Below, piece after piece: positions 1 through 12,000 of a stretch of DNA of 64,000 bases. Source of the stretch: an uncultured Gammaproteobacteria bacterium (lineage in GTDB: Bacteria; Patescibacteriota; Microgenomatia; Levybacterales; UBA12049); the NCBI GenBank assembly GCA_964521295.1, contig CAZFRF010000001.1:850066-914065 (forward strand), in the 5' to 3' direction. The position numbers and the translations under genes are program-made. Below the pieces are notes generated by a model. That model was not told where the DNA came from. It saw nothing but the letters and a program-made list of their open reading frames with translations, and did no database searches. Each line of letters begins with the position of its first letter. Within the stretch, counting starts at the first letter, position 1.

Positions 1-3000
1 TATATCTTTCTTGATCTCTAGATCCACTGGAGACTTGAACTGTTCCATCATAATCTTCAATGGCTCTTCCAACAACCCTACTGCTTTTAGTCGCTTTCAT
101 TGCAACTCCAGGTACACTTGATGAAGTTAAGTAGTCATTAGTACGAATTGGACCATTTTCTAGGGACACTTTTACAACAACTCTTCCCGCGAGTCCAATT
201 GCTTGAGGATAGTGATCTTCAGGAATAGTTGAGTCTCCTAATACATCTCCATTTGGTCCAGTTGGAATTGTTGAAACAACTCCGATTAAGTTTTGATCAT
301 ATGGAGTAGTTGGCTTGACAACTTGATATTTAAATCTGGCATCAGAACTGGCAACTAAGCTAACTAAATCTCCAGGTTCCATGTCTTCCGTTCCTGGATA
401 ATACTCAGCTATATCAGTTGCAGATCCATTACAGTCATTAATATTTGAATCGGCTTGAGCACCGTTTGTGCCATGGCAAAACGCAAATGTGCCGGATACA
501 TTTTGGATATCTAGTTGTATATTTCCTTCAACATCGAGTCCGCCTGCACCAATTCCAACTTCGCCTCCATTATTATTGAGCCATAGTTTTGATGTGGTTC
601 CATTGAGTCTTGCCTGCAGCTCATTGTTATCAAATCCTACATTTTGGCCTCCAGTGTCTCCGATTATAAATGTTCCAGCATTGGATAAAGATACGTCTGG
701 ACCCCAAGTTATAGCCAGCTGAGCTCCAGGATTACTTGTTCCTATGCCTACATAGCCATTATTAGCAATAGTTAAAGCAACGTTACCTATTCCTGCTCGA
801 TATACGGTTGATAGTGAAGCGGCTGATTCACCTGATCCTCCGACTGCAAAAATATATGAATTTCCGTTTACAGTAACTAGTGTAGTTCCAATATAGGCTA
901 CGTTTTGAGGAAGTTGCGATTGTCCTGAGCTCGACCATGTGCCAGGATTACCTGAAGAATCTAAGGCAGTTTTGTATACAGCATTGCTTGATGTAACAGC
1001 GTTGTTATCTCCACTTCCAATAGAATAAATATAAGTTTTATCATTTAAGGTAACTATTTCTGTTCCACCTTCCTGTCTATTCATAGGTAATCCAGTCACT
1101 GAGCTAAATGTTCCTAAGGTACCGTTGGATGGATTAACAGCTGCTTTATACACAGTACTGCGTCCTTGGGAGTCTCCACCGCCCACATAATAAACATATG
1201 TACTACTTCCAATAGTTGCACTAACAGCTCCACCGCCACCTCGATTGGCAAGTAGAGGAGAAGTGGTAGAGAATGTTCCTAAGGTACCATTACTATTAAC
1301 AGTTGCTTTATAAACTGTAGATGTAGGATTGGTGTTTACAGCGGTTGAATTAAATCCTCCCATTGCGTAAATATAGGTTGTTCCTCCAACAGTTGCAGTT
1401 GTGACAGCTGGTTCAAGTCTGGTTGCAAGAATAGGAGAAGTTGTTGCAAAAGTTCCTGGATTACCATCACTGTTGCTAAGCGTTGCGTAATAAGCGGTTG
1501 ACTGAACTGAGCCACTTGATCCACCAATAAGATAAACATATGTACTTGATCCAATAGTTGCGGTTGTTGCGCCTCCTCCCCAGCGTATGCCTGGTAATGC
1601 ATTGGCGGTTGAACTAAATGTTCCTGCGTTACCAAAGGTTGCATCAACTCTGGATTTATAAACGGTAGAGAGGCTTGTTCCACCACTGTTTTGTCCCCCT
1701 AATGAGTAAATATAAGTTGTTCCGTTTACACTAGCGCTTGTGATTGAGCCAAAAGTATCATTTAGGGCTTGGGGTAATTGACTCTGATTTGCTGTTGAAA
1801 AACCATCTCCTATGTCTCCATTTCCTTCAGTTCCACCTGGTGAAACCATGAAATTTAATTTACTACCATTTAGTACATAGTTGCTAAAATTATTTGTTCC
1901 ACCGCTGTATGCTAAATTACCAGAAATAGAAGCTGATCCAGCAACATCAAGTTTTGCTTTTGGAGTTGTTGTTCCTAAGCCGAAATCACTATCTAAGATA
2001 TATGAACTATCTCCGCCCCAGGCAACTAAATGAACTTTTTTAGAACCAGTAATATATAAGTCTAAGGAACCGTTACCATTTGAGTCTGTGTTAAGAGTAA
2101 AGGCTTTGTTAGTTCCTGTCGTTGTGTCATAACCTTCAACTAAGGTTGGAGCCCCAGCGCCTACAGCTTTTATAGAAAGATACCCGGATGGTAGAGGATT
2201 GTTGATACCTACTTTACCTGCATTAGTGATAACGAATCTAGATGTTCCCGATGAGGAGGCTGCGAAGATGTCTTGATTTTCTATCTGATCAAGAATTGTT
2301 AAAGATTTGCCTGTCGTGCCTGCGGATAAGGCTCTTGTAACATAGAGTTCGGAAGTTGGGTTTGTGGTTCCCAGTCCAACTAGGCTATTTCCCGTCAATC
2401 TCAATACTTCTCTGAATGCGCTCTGATTATATCTTGTATTAAAGGTTAATGCAGAATCAATGCTGCCGTTACTAGAATCAGTAAGTAGAGCATTTATTGT
2501 TGCTGCTTCTCTTATTGTACTGCCATCATCTTCTAAATTAAATTCAAGTCTTGCTCCAATTCCATCCGCTGCGGTTCCGGTTGAAGACCTTGTTAGGTTA
2601 AGTACTGTAAGAGCAGTATTTGTCGACGCATCGTTATTAACTATTTCCATGATGCCTCCACCACCTATGCCATTGGGACTAGCGGTTCCCACACCAACTT
2701 CTCCTGCAAAATAATTATATGTTCCCGCATCTGAAGAATAGATAGAGTAAGGTGTATTAGTTTGTGTTCCAGCGGTTAAATCTCCGATATATACTCCATA
2801 AGTATTAGTAATTGTTCCAGAATTTCCAGATAGGGTTAATGATAAACCCCTTACTCCAGCAACCGTACCTGTGTCGCTATTGCCAATAGTGCCTCCAATA
2901 GCTATTAATGAACCAGTTGTGTTTTGAGTTGAAGCACTATGATTTTCAGCTGCAGCATCTAGTGCTAAATATTGTCCTGAACAAGCAACTGATGTGCAAA

Positions 3001-6000
3001 TGTTTTGCAAGAGAACTCGAGAGGTGGATTTACTTGTTGCATCTGTACCTTGGTTGTAAAAATATGTTCTATATATACTTGAGGGTGCTATTCCAACTCC
3101 AAGACTTCCGTTTACAAAGAGTCCATCACTTAAAGGTGTAAAAGTTGTGTTTGTAGCACCATTTGTAATGGTTGCATAGGTTGTTCCATTGTCCTTAAAA
3201 ATTACATCATCTCCAGCAGCGTCTAAAATGATATCTCCTGAAGAATCTAGAGTCATGTCTCCTGTAGAATTTAAGGTAAGAGTGGTAGTTGGTGAAATAG
3301 TTAACGATCCATCAGTTGTAATGTTGTCACCATTAACTGCTAAGTTGCCAACTAGAGTAAGGGCACCGGCTCCACTTAAGGTCATAGCAGTAGTTGTTCC
3401 TCCATACCATTTGAACTGTTGGCCAGTTGTACTTACGGTAGAGAACATTGTTCCAGATTCAATACCTAAAGTGTAGCCAGCAGCAGATCCACTTAGATCG
3501 TTATATAAAACAATTTTTACTCCAGAGCTATAATTTGTGAATGTTGGTGCGGCAACACCTGTGGTGTTAAAGTTAATTCTATCTGAAGTTATCGAAATAT
3601 CTCCACCACTTGGATTAATTGTTAAGTCTCCACCTGAGTTAGTAGTTAAATCTGCATAGTTTGTAGCAGATCCATTACTATCGTTATATGTTAGTCTTAG
3701 GTTAGTTCCACCAGATGAATTAATTTCTAAGGCTCTATCTGGAGCAGTTGTGCCTACGCCAATATTACCGTTTTGTAAAATTGTTAGCATGTTTTGCATG
3801 GTAATTGCTCCATCTGCGGCTCCTGCAGCATTTGATATATTAAAGCTCATGGTTCCAGTTGAGGGGCTAACGTTAATTTCGCCTCCATAATGAGCTGTGC
3901 TGCCTTGGCCAAATTTCCAACCACTGTTGTAATACGCATTAAAACCAACAGTTGGATTGGATGCGACTGTATATAGAGGGAATGATGATCCAAATTTTCC
4001 AAATGTATTTCCAGTTGCTTTTTCTATATCTAGAGCTACTTCTGGAGAAGTTGTGCCAATACCAACTTTTCCCGTAGAGCTTTCGATCATCATGTCTGCT
4101 GTTCCTGCAGCATTTGCTGCAAACCAAAGATTTTGCTGTGATCGAACAAAGACATCATATTGAGAGCTTCCTGTTATATAGGCGCCAGCTGTGCCAATAA
4201 TTCCAAACCAGCCCTTATCTGTTCCGACAGAATTTTTAAGTCCATAAAGAGTGTTAGTAGTAGCAGATGGTTGAGTTAAAGTAAGGTTATTGGTTACATC
4301 AACACTACTTGGAGTATAGATTTGTTGATTATTATATAAATATCTCCAATATCCTCCAGCTGGAATTCCGCTTGTAACTGTTCCTGCACCTGTATAGCCA
4401 TAACCGTCACCTGTATAGGTTATATGCATAGCAGCAGATCCTAAGGCTCCAGACTCACCAAGGGAGATATATGCTCCTTGAGATGTCCAGTTATCACCAG
4501 TGCTTAATGAATCTAAGACTAGTCTAGGTTGGGTTGCATCTGTGTCAGAAAGTACGTTATTTGCTGAGTTATATGTTCCTCCGATAGCATCAATGTTGCC
4601 AGTGACTGCAAGATTTGAAGAGGCGTCTAGTGTCATGCTTGTTGTAGTTCCTCGTCTGTCCCAGCTATATGCATCATAAGTATTAAAGACCATCGTGCTG
4701 CCTTTAACTCCAAGTCCATATGAATTTCCTGCTGTTGCGTCGGAGTATAAGAGAATTTGATATTCAGCAAATGTATCTAGGAATCCAGTAGCGACATTAT
4801 TTCCTAAAGTTAATTTTGCATCAGGAGTTGAATCTCCAATGCCCAATTTATTAGCAGAGTCATCCCAGAAGAAATTAGTATTGTCTTGTGAAAGAACTCC
4901 ACTAGTTCCAGCGAATACCACACTTCCTGGAGTCAAGGAGGTGTCGATTGATCCTAGATAGGTTGTGCCTGCAACTTCTAAATCACCTGTTACATAAAGA
5001 TCATCTCCTGCAAGGTCAACTATTCCTGGTGTTCCAGTTCCTATTTTTACTCCACCACCAGCTGCGTCTATTGTTAAATCACCAGATGAGGTAAGTGTAT
5101 TACCTGAAAGATTTAATGTTCCTGCTATGTCGTTTGATGTGCCATCAACATCTAGGTTACTTGATACATTTAGTGCCCCTGTTAAGGTTAACAATGCGCT
5201 AGTTCCAGCTAAGGTTGGTCCTGCGCTTCCTAATTTTATACTTCCTCTTGTTGTGTCAGACGAAGAATAAATACCCAAAGTATTGGCAACGTCAACGTCA
5301 GTTAAGAATGTGTCATCTCCAATCTTAAGCATTGATGTGCCTGCAGCTTTTCCATTGTCTGAAATATCTAGTCCAGTATCTGAGTAAATCCATCCTTCAG
5401 CTCCAATGGAATCAGTTACGAATAAATCATCTCCTGTTAAGCTAAATCCTGCTTGAGAAATAGTTTCTGATAAAGAGCCTACTAATAAGTCTCCATTTAC
5501 TGCTATATCTGCATCTATTAAAGATGCTCTGAGGGAAACTTGATCTATATATAGAGTACAAGCATTAGTTGGATTGTGATTATATATTTGAACAGCAGCA
5601 TGATAAGCATTTGCAGCTGATGTTACCTGTCCACTGTAATTATCCCAAGAGGTCGTAACTGCTCCAGAGTTTGAGTATATATCATTATAGCTTAGATAGT
5701 TTCCCCATTGGTCATACCAGATGACTCTTAAATAGAATCCATCTCCGCATGCTGTATCTACTTTTGCCCAAGTTGAGGCTGTATAGCCTGTGGAAGGGGA
5801 TACGGGTATCTTATATGAGGATATATTTTGTGACTGAGTATCTGAGCCAGTATTGGTTAAGTATAATCCCCATGCACCATCGTGATTTGCACTTTGATTA
5901 GCAATTCTTCCTCTTGTACCAGTTCCAGCTGAGTTCCAATTATCTGCTATACCTAATCCTCCAGCAAAGGTTTCGAAGCTTGGATTTGCGAGCATGTTTG

Positions 6001-9000
6001 TGTTATTGTATGGGGCAGGTATTGCTGAGTGAGATGCAACTGCAAAATCGTTTGCGGCATAAGTTAAGCCAGTAACATTTAAATTACCATCTACATCTAG
6101 ATTACTACCTATCTGGACAGATCCAGGCGTATAAATATTTTGAGTGTTATATGTATATCTCCAATATCCTCCAGCTGGAATACCAGATGTTACAGTTCCT
6201 GCGCCTGTATAGCCATAACCGTTACCAGTATAGGTAATATGCATAGACGCAGATCCTAGTGCTCCACCTTCTCCAATAGAGATATATGCCCCTTGAGCGG
6301 TCCAGTCATCTCCAGTGCCGACTGAGTCTAAAACGAGGTAGGGTTGACTTGCGTTAGCGGTATTACTTATATTGCCAATATTTGTAATATTTCCTGTTGT
6401 GTCTATAGCCCAATCAGATGTAGTTATTGCTCCTGTTTCTCCACCATCACCAAGAGTAAAGATTCCATTTGCATCCAGGGTTCCATTAGCGGTTAGAGTT
6501 CCAGTTGATGTTAATCCTCCTGCGCCAACAGAAACTAGGCCTCCTTCTGCATTAAGGAATAGTGTACTTGCTGTAGTTCCTGCAGTTCTAGCCATAATTT
6601 CATTACCATCCATTGTGATGTTGTCACCAGCAGTGTCGCCAAGAATTAATGCGCCTGAAAGGGCAGTTGCTAATGAAGAATCTCCAGTATTATTTAATAC
6701 AACTTGTCCACCACTTGGATCAATAGTTAAATCTCCACCTGAGTTGGTAGTTAAATCTGCATAGTTTGTAGCAGATCCATTACTATCATTATATGTTAGT
6801 CTTAAATTTGTTCCACCAGATGAATTAATCTCTAAGGCTCTATCTGGAGCAGTTGTTCCAATACCAACATTACCACCTATAGGATTAAGAGATAGCGCTC
6901 TTTGAGTTGAGCCATTTTCAACAGATTGAATCCAGGAGTACATTGTAGATGTATTGTCTACTCCCATTGCCAATCTCATTGCTGTTGTACTTCCTGTAAT
7001 TAGGGAACTACCTAATTCTCCTGCTGGAGTAGTTGATCCACCAGCAACGTGTAATTTAGTTAATGGTCCTGTTGTGCTAATGCCTACATTTCCAGCGAAA
7101 TAGTTTTGATCAGTAGAGCTATTGTAAATAGAGTATGTGCCTGTTGGAATTGAGGTAGAGCCAATTACTAAGTTCGATTGATTTGTTCCCGTAGCTTCTC
7201 CAATTAAGATACCTGCATTATTAGTTCCGGTAGTTAAGCCTCCAACTTGAATACCCATTTGATTCGTTAGGGTTCCAGTTACAGTACCATTATTTATTCC
7301 ATAATTAATACCATTGGTAACAGTGTGTCCTGTTGCTGAATCGATTCTACTCCAAAGTCCATATGCATTTGTGGTAGTCCCTCCGTTACCAGCTCCTGTT
7401 ACTAATGATAGTAGGCCAATTAAATTTGCTTGCGTTCCAGTTGTATGAGTAGCTCCTGTGTTAAGTCTTAAATTTTGTTTTAAGCCTGTATCTGCAGCTG
7501 AGTAATTAATAGTAGAGTATATACCAAATTGCTCAGTTGCTGTGGCTGAGCCCCAAGTCTTAGCAACAGAAAGTCTAGTTGTAGATCCAGGAGCAGCAGT
7601 ACCAATTCCTAAAGAATCATTCGTGTCATCATAGAATAGGCTGGCATTATCCTGTGAAAGAACTCCGCTTGTTCCAGCAAAAACAACGCTTCCTGGTGTA
7701 AGTGCAGTATCAATTCCACCGTCTGTATATAAAACTCCATCGACTTCTAAGTCTCCTTCAACAAACAAGTCATCGTCTCCAGTAGCAGTTCCAGGAGTTG
7801 CAGTATCTCCAACTCTAACATATGAAGTCCCATTAAGTGTAAATGCGGCACCAGTAGTCATTGAAGTTAGAGATGAGGCAGTAATGCCGGTTGTGCCAGA
7901 GAAAGTAAGGCCTGTATTTGTTAAAGTTGTGGTTGCACCAAGAGTAAGTCTACTAGTTCCTGCTGAGTCTAAGATATCATTGCCGTTTACTCTAAAATCG
8001 TCTGCAATCGTAAGTGCTCCTGCATTAGTCAAGCTCATGTAGCTAGTAAGCGCACCGAGGCTTGTTCCAAATCCGAATCTAGCAACTGTTCCTGTAGTAT
8101 CAGTCCATATGCCAAAGTTTCCAGTACCATCTGCTAATCCAATTCCGCCTCCATATGATCCTGAAGCTGTTAATGCAAATGTATCGATGCCATTACTTGG
8201 GTTTGTAGCAGAGGTAATACCAGTAATTTGACCAACTTGTGTTGTACCACCAACACTTAGATAGTTTCCACTTCCTATCACTACATTAGAGCCACTTGGA
8301 TTAATGGTTAAATCTCCGCCTGAATTAGTAGTTAAATCTGCATAGTTAGTTGCAGAACCATTGTTATCATTGTATGTAAGTCTTAGATTATTTCCAGTTG
8401 CTGAATTAATTTCTAAAGCTCTATCAGGTGCTGTTGTGCCGATACCGACATTACCATTGCCCTTTACTGTTAGAAGGTGGGTGAGAGCGGTTCCAGGAGC
8501 ACTTGATATTGGCGTTCCTAAGACTCCAAATACTCCTTGGTTTACATCGTCAGCGCCCAAATATATTGCTCCGGCAGAGGTAATACCTCCGTTATTTGAT
8601 CTCAAATAAACTTCATTAGCTGCTCCTACTGCATTTTGAACATTTACTCCTATTACCTTAGCAGCATATCCAACACCTGTATTTACATCTCTACTGTTTA
8701 GGATATATAAATCAGATTCAGTTACTGATCCACCTTGCAGATTTGTTATGAAATCACCGGTGCCACCAGCACCAGAGGTTCCAGTAACTTGAAATTTTGC
8801 AGTGGGATTAGTAGTTCCAATTCCGACTCTTCCATTCCCTGCAATTGTCATAGCGTTTGTAAGTCCTGCGTCTCCGCCGGGAGATGTTTGAAAATCGAGT
8901 CTAGAACCGTTAAGAATATCTATTGTTTGATTAGAGGCAGACTGAAAGACTAAGCTTCCTGATATTGAAGCGTCACCTGTTGTTGCATTAAAGTTAATAT

Positions 9001-12000
9001 TTGAATTTGTATCAGGAGTTGAGTTTGTAGCATTATTTGCTGGATTGCTTGATCCAAAAATACTGAGCCATGTGCCAGTTTTTACAGCTAAAGTGGAATT
9101 AGCTATACCTAAAGCGAATGAATTTGACCAAAGTCCTACCTTCCAGCCTAAGTTTGTTCCTACTGTAAGTGGAGAACCGGTAATTGTGGTATTTCCATTT
9201 GCAGCAATATATCCATTATTGTTAATTAATCCGCCTGTCCCGTTATTTGGTAAGAGAGTAATATTTCCAGTAGTACTTCCTCCAATAGTTAAGGTATTTT
9301 GATCATAGGATTGAATAGATCTACTGGCTCCTTCTAGAACTAAGTTTCCAGAAACTGAAGCAGAGCCATCTAGTCCTAATAAATTGTTTTGATCCATTCT
9401 GATTCCAAAATTTCCATTACTTGACCAAGCTGACGCATAAGTTTGAGATGTAGGAATTTCCTCTAACATGAATCCATCAAAAAGAGCAGTTGTACTTGCA
9501 CAGTTTGCATCTACCCTAATAATTACTGCAGTTGATCCTGAATTAGAGGTAAAGGTGTTGCTAAGTCTAGTCCATGACGAGGTATCTGCTGTTCCTCCTG
9601 CTGATCTATGAGTCCCATCGCTTTCTCTTACATACATTTCTACGCTACAAGTCGTACCCGCAGAAAGCTTAGAATACACAGAAAAAGCATATTTTGTACT
9701 TGGTTTAATTGGTATGTTGTAGCTAGTTGAGGATGTTCCATTTAGGTAAGCATATCCGTCTGTAGCTGATCCATTGGTACTAACTGCTACGCTTCTTGTT
9801 CCGTCATATGCATCTGCGGTACTAATGGTAACTGAAGTTACATTTACATTTCTAGCTGAAGGAATATTTGTTCCATCTACACCTGTTTCCCAAGATGCAT
9901 ATTGATAAGGAAGAATATTTTTACCGGCAATTATTCCAGATGCACCAAGTCCACCAGATATATTTACAAATCCTGAACCATTACTTGGAGATAAATTAAT
10001 ATTTCCAGTAGTGCTTCCACCAATGGTTAAGGTATTGTTTCTAACAGATTGCAATGATCCATTTCCAGATAGATAGATACCTTTTGTTGCATCTGATCCT
10101 GCAGTTGCTGAAACAGATGCTATTGGTGTTAGTGTTCCTGCTATATTTAATACTGCAAACTGTGCAGAACTTGTTGAATTACCTCCAACTAGTAAATCCA
10201 TGGTGTTATTAATTGGAGTTAAAGCTTTACCATCAGTAGAGGTTGTCCACCAGTTAGTGCCTAATGCGCAATTTACCCAGGATGCAGTTGCTCCGCCAGC
10301 TATACATTGAGATCCTGTTCCATAATTTAATCCATTAGATCCAAGAGAAATTCCACCAGCTCTAGTTATGGTAAAGACTGGAGTGCCTGATGCTGAAGCG
10401 GTGAAAATATCCTGATTTTCAATCTGATCAAAAATAGAGAGAGCTTTACCTGTTGCTCCAGAGGCAAGTGGCCTGCTTACATATAGTTGAGATGTTGGTA
10501 CTGTATTACCAACTCCAAGTCCAACTAAACCAGTATTGGTGATAGTAAGTCTAGTATTTGATCCCTGATAGATTCTAAAATCATCTTGATAAGCATCTAA
10601 GTTATAGGCATTAACTGTGGTATCGTAATCGGCTGCGGTGTATAGAATAACTTCTCCTCCTTCAGAGCTTCCTGTTCCATTACCATAAGCGTGAAATAAT
10701 CCTCCAGTAGTATCATTGACACCAGCATATATATTGCCATTTTGTGAGGTAAAGGCTCCTGATGTTATTAAATCTCCGCCACTAGGATTAATTGATAAAT
10801 CTCCACCTGAATTTGTAACTAAATCTGCATAGTTAGTTGCAGAACCATTGTTATCATTGTATGTTAATCTTAAATTAACTCCAGTTGCTGAGTTAATTTC
10901 TAAGGCTCTATCTGGGCCAGTTGTGCCTATGCCAACATTGCCTGCGCTAGGGAAATACATAGCAGTTGAGCCATTAACATTGATACTTAACGGATCATTA
11001 GCACTAGTTATGAATGCAGAATTGTTTCCTTGTCCAAAATCAAAATTTCCAGTAGTGTTTTCTGTTCTTACATAATTATTTGAAGTATCTCCTCCATGTA
11101 ACCAAAGACCTTGATTGTTCCCTGAAGCAAGATATTGCTGCATTGCTCCTCCTTGAACATTTAATTTTGAAGTTCCAGGATTAGTTGTGCCTATGCCAAC
11201 ATTGCCATTCCCTGCAATTGTCATAGCGTTTGTTAGTCCCGCATCACCGCCAGGAGAGACTTGAAAATCAAGCCTAGAACCGTTAAGTATATCTATTGAT
11301 TTATTTGATCCATTAAATACAAGACTACCTGATGTAGAAGCGTCACCATTAATGTCAAGTTTGGCAGTAGGTGTGGTGGTATTTATTCCTAAATTTCCAC
11401 TTGTATCAAATCTCGCAATTTCTGAATTGTTAAGGAAGAAGCTGACAGGATTATTTGTAATGGTTCCAATAACTAATTTCGCATTGTTATTATCCCAATA
11501 AAATCTTCCAGTATTTGTGCCTGTAGAATTTGCTACCAAGAATCCTGATCCACCAGAGCTTGTATTGACTACTCTCGCATATATAGGATTTGTACTTGAT
11601 CCAGAGATATCAAGTGGTTCTGTTGGGCTTGATGTTCCAATTCCAACATTACCGTTTCCATTCCTAGGCATTAAAGCTATATTCCCAGTAGTACTTCCTC
11701 CAATGGTTAAGGTATTGTTTCTAACAGATTGCAATGATCCATTTCCAGATAGATAGATACCTTTTGTTGCATCTGATCCTGCAGTTGCTGAAACAGATGC
11801 TATTGGTGTTAGTGTTCCTGCTATATTTAATACTGCAAACTGTGCAGAACTTGTTGAATTACCTCCAACTAGTAAATCCATGGTGTTATTAATTGGAGTT
11901 AAAGCTTTACCATCAGTAGAGGTTGTCCACCAGTTAGTGCCAAGAGCACCAGCCGCGCAAGTAGATAAAATGTTTGAACCATCATAACAGAGTGGATTGG

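Noticed and set aside
3602-10942. CRISPR array
   Set aside because: The repeats are long, in-frame coding modules with irregular kb-scale spacing, and there are no cas genes.
10020-11941. Diversity-generating retroelement TR/VR pair
   Set aside because: The copies are identical, with no adenine-specific mismatches, and no reverse transcriptase is in the window. The GH26 5' repeat mismatches are not adenine-specific either.
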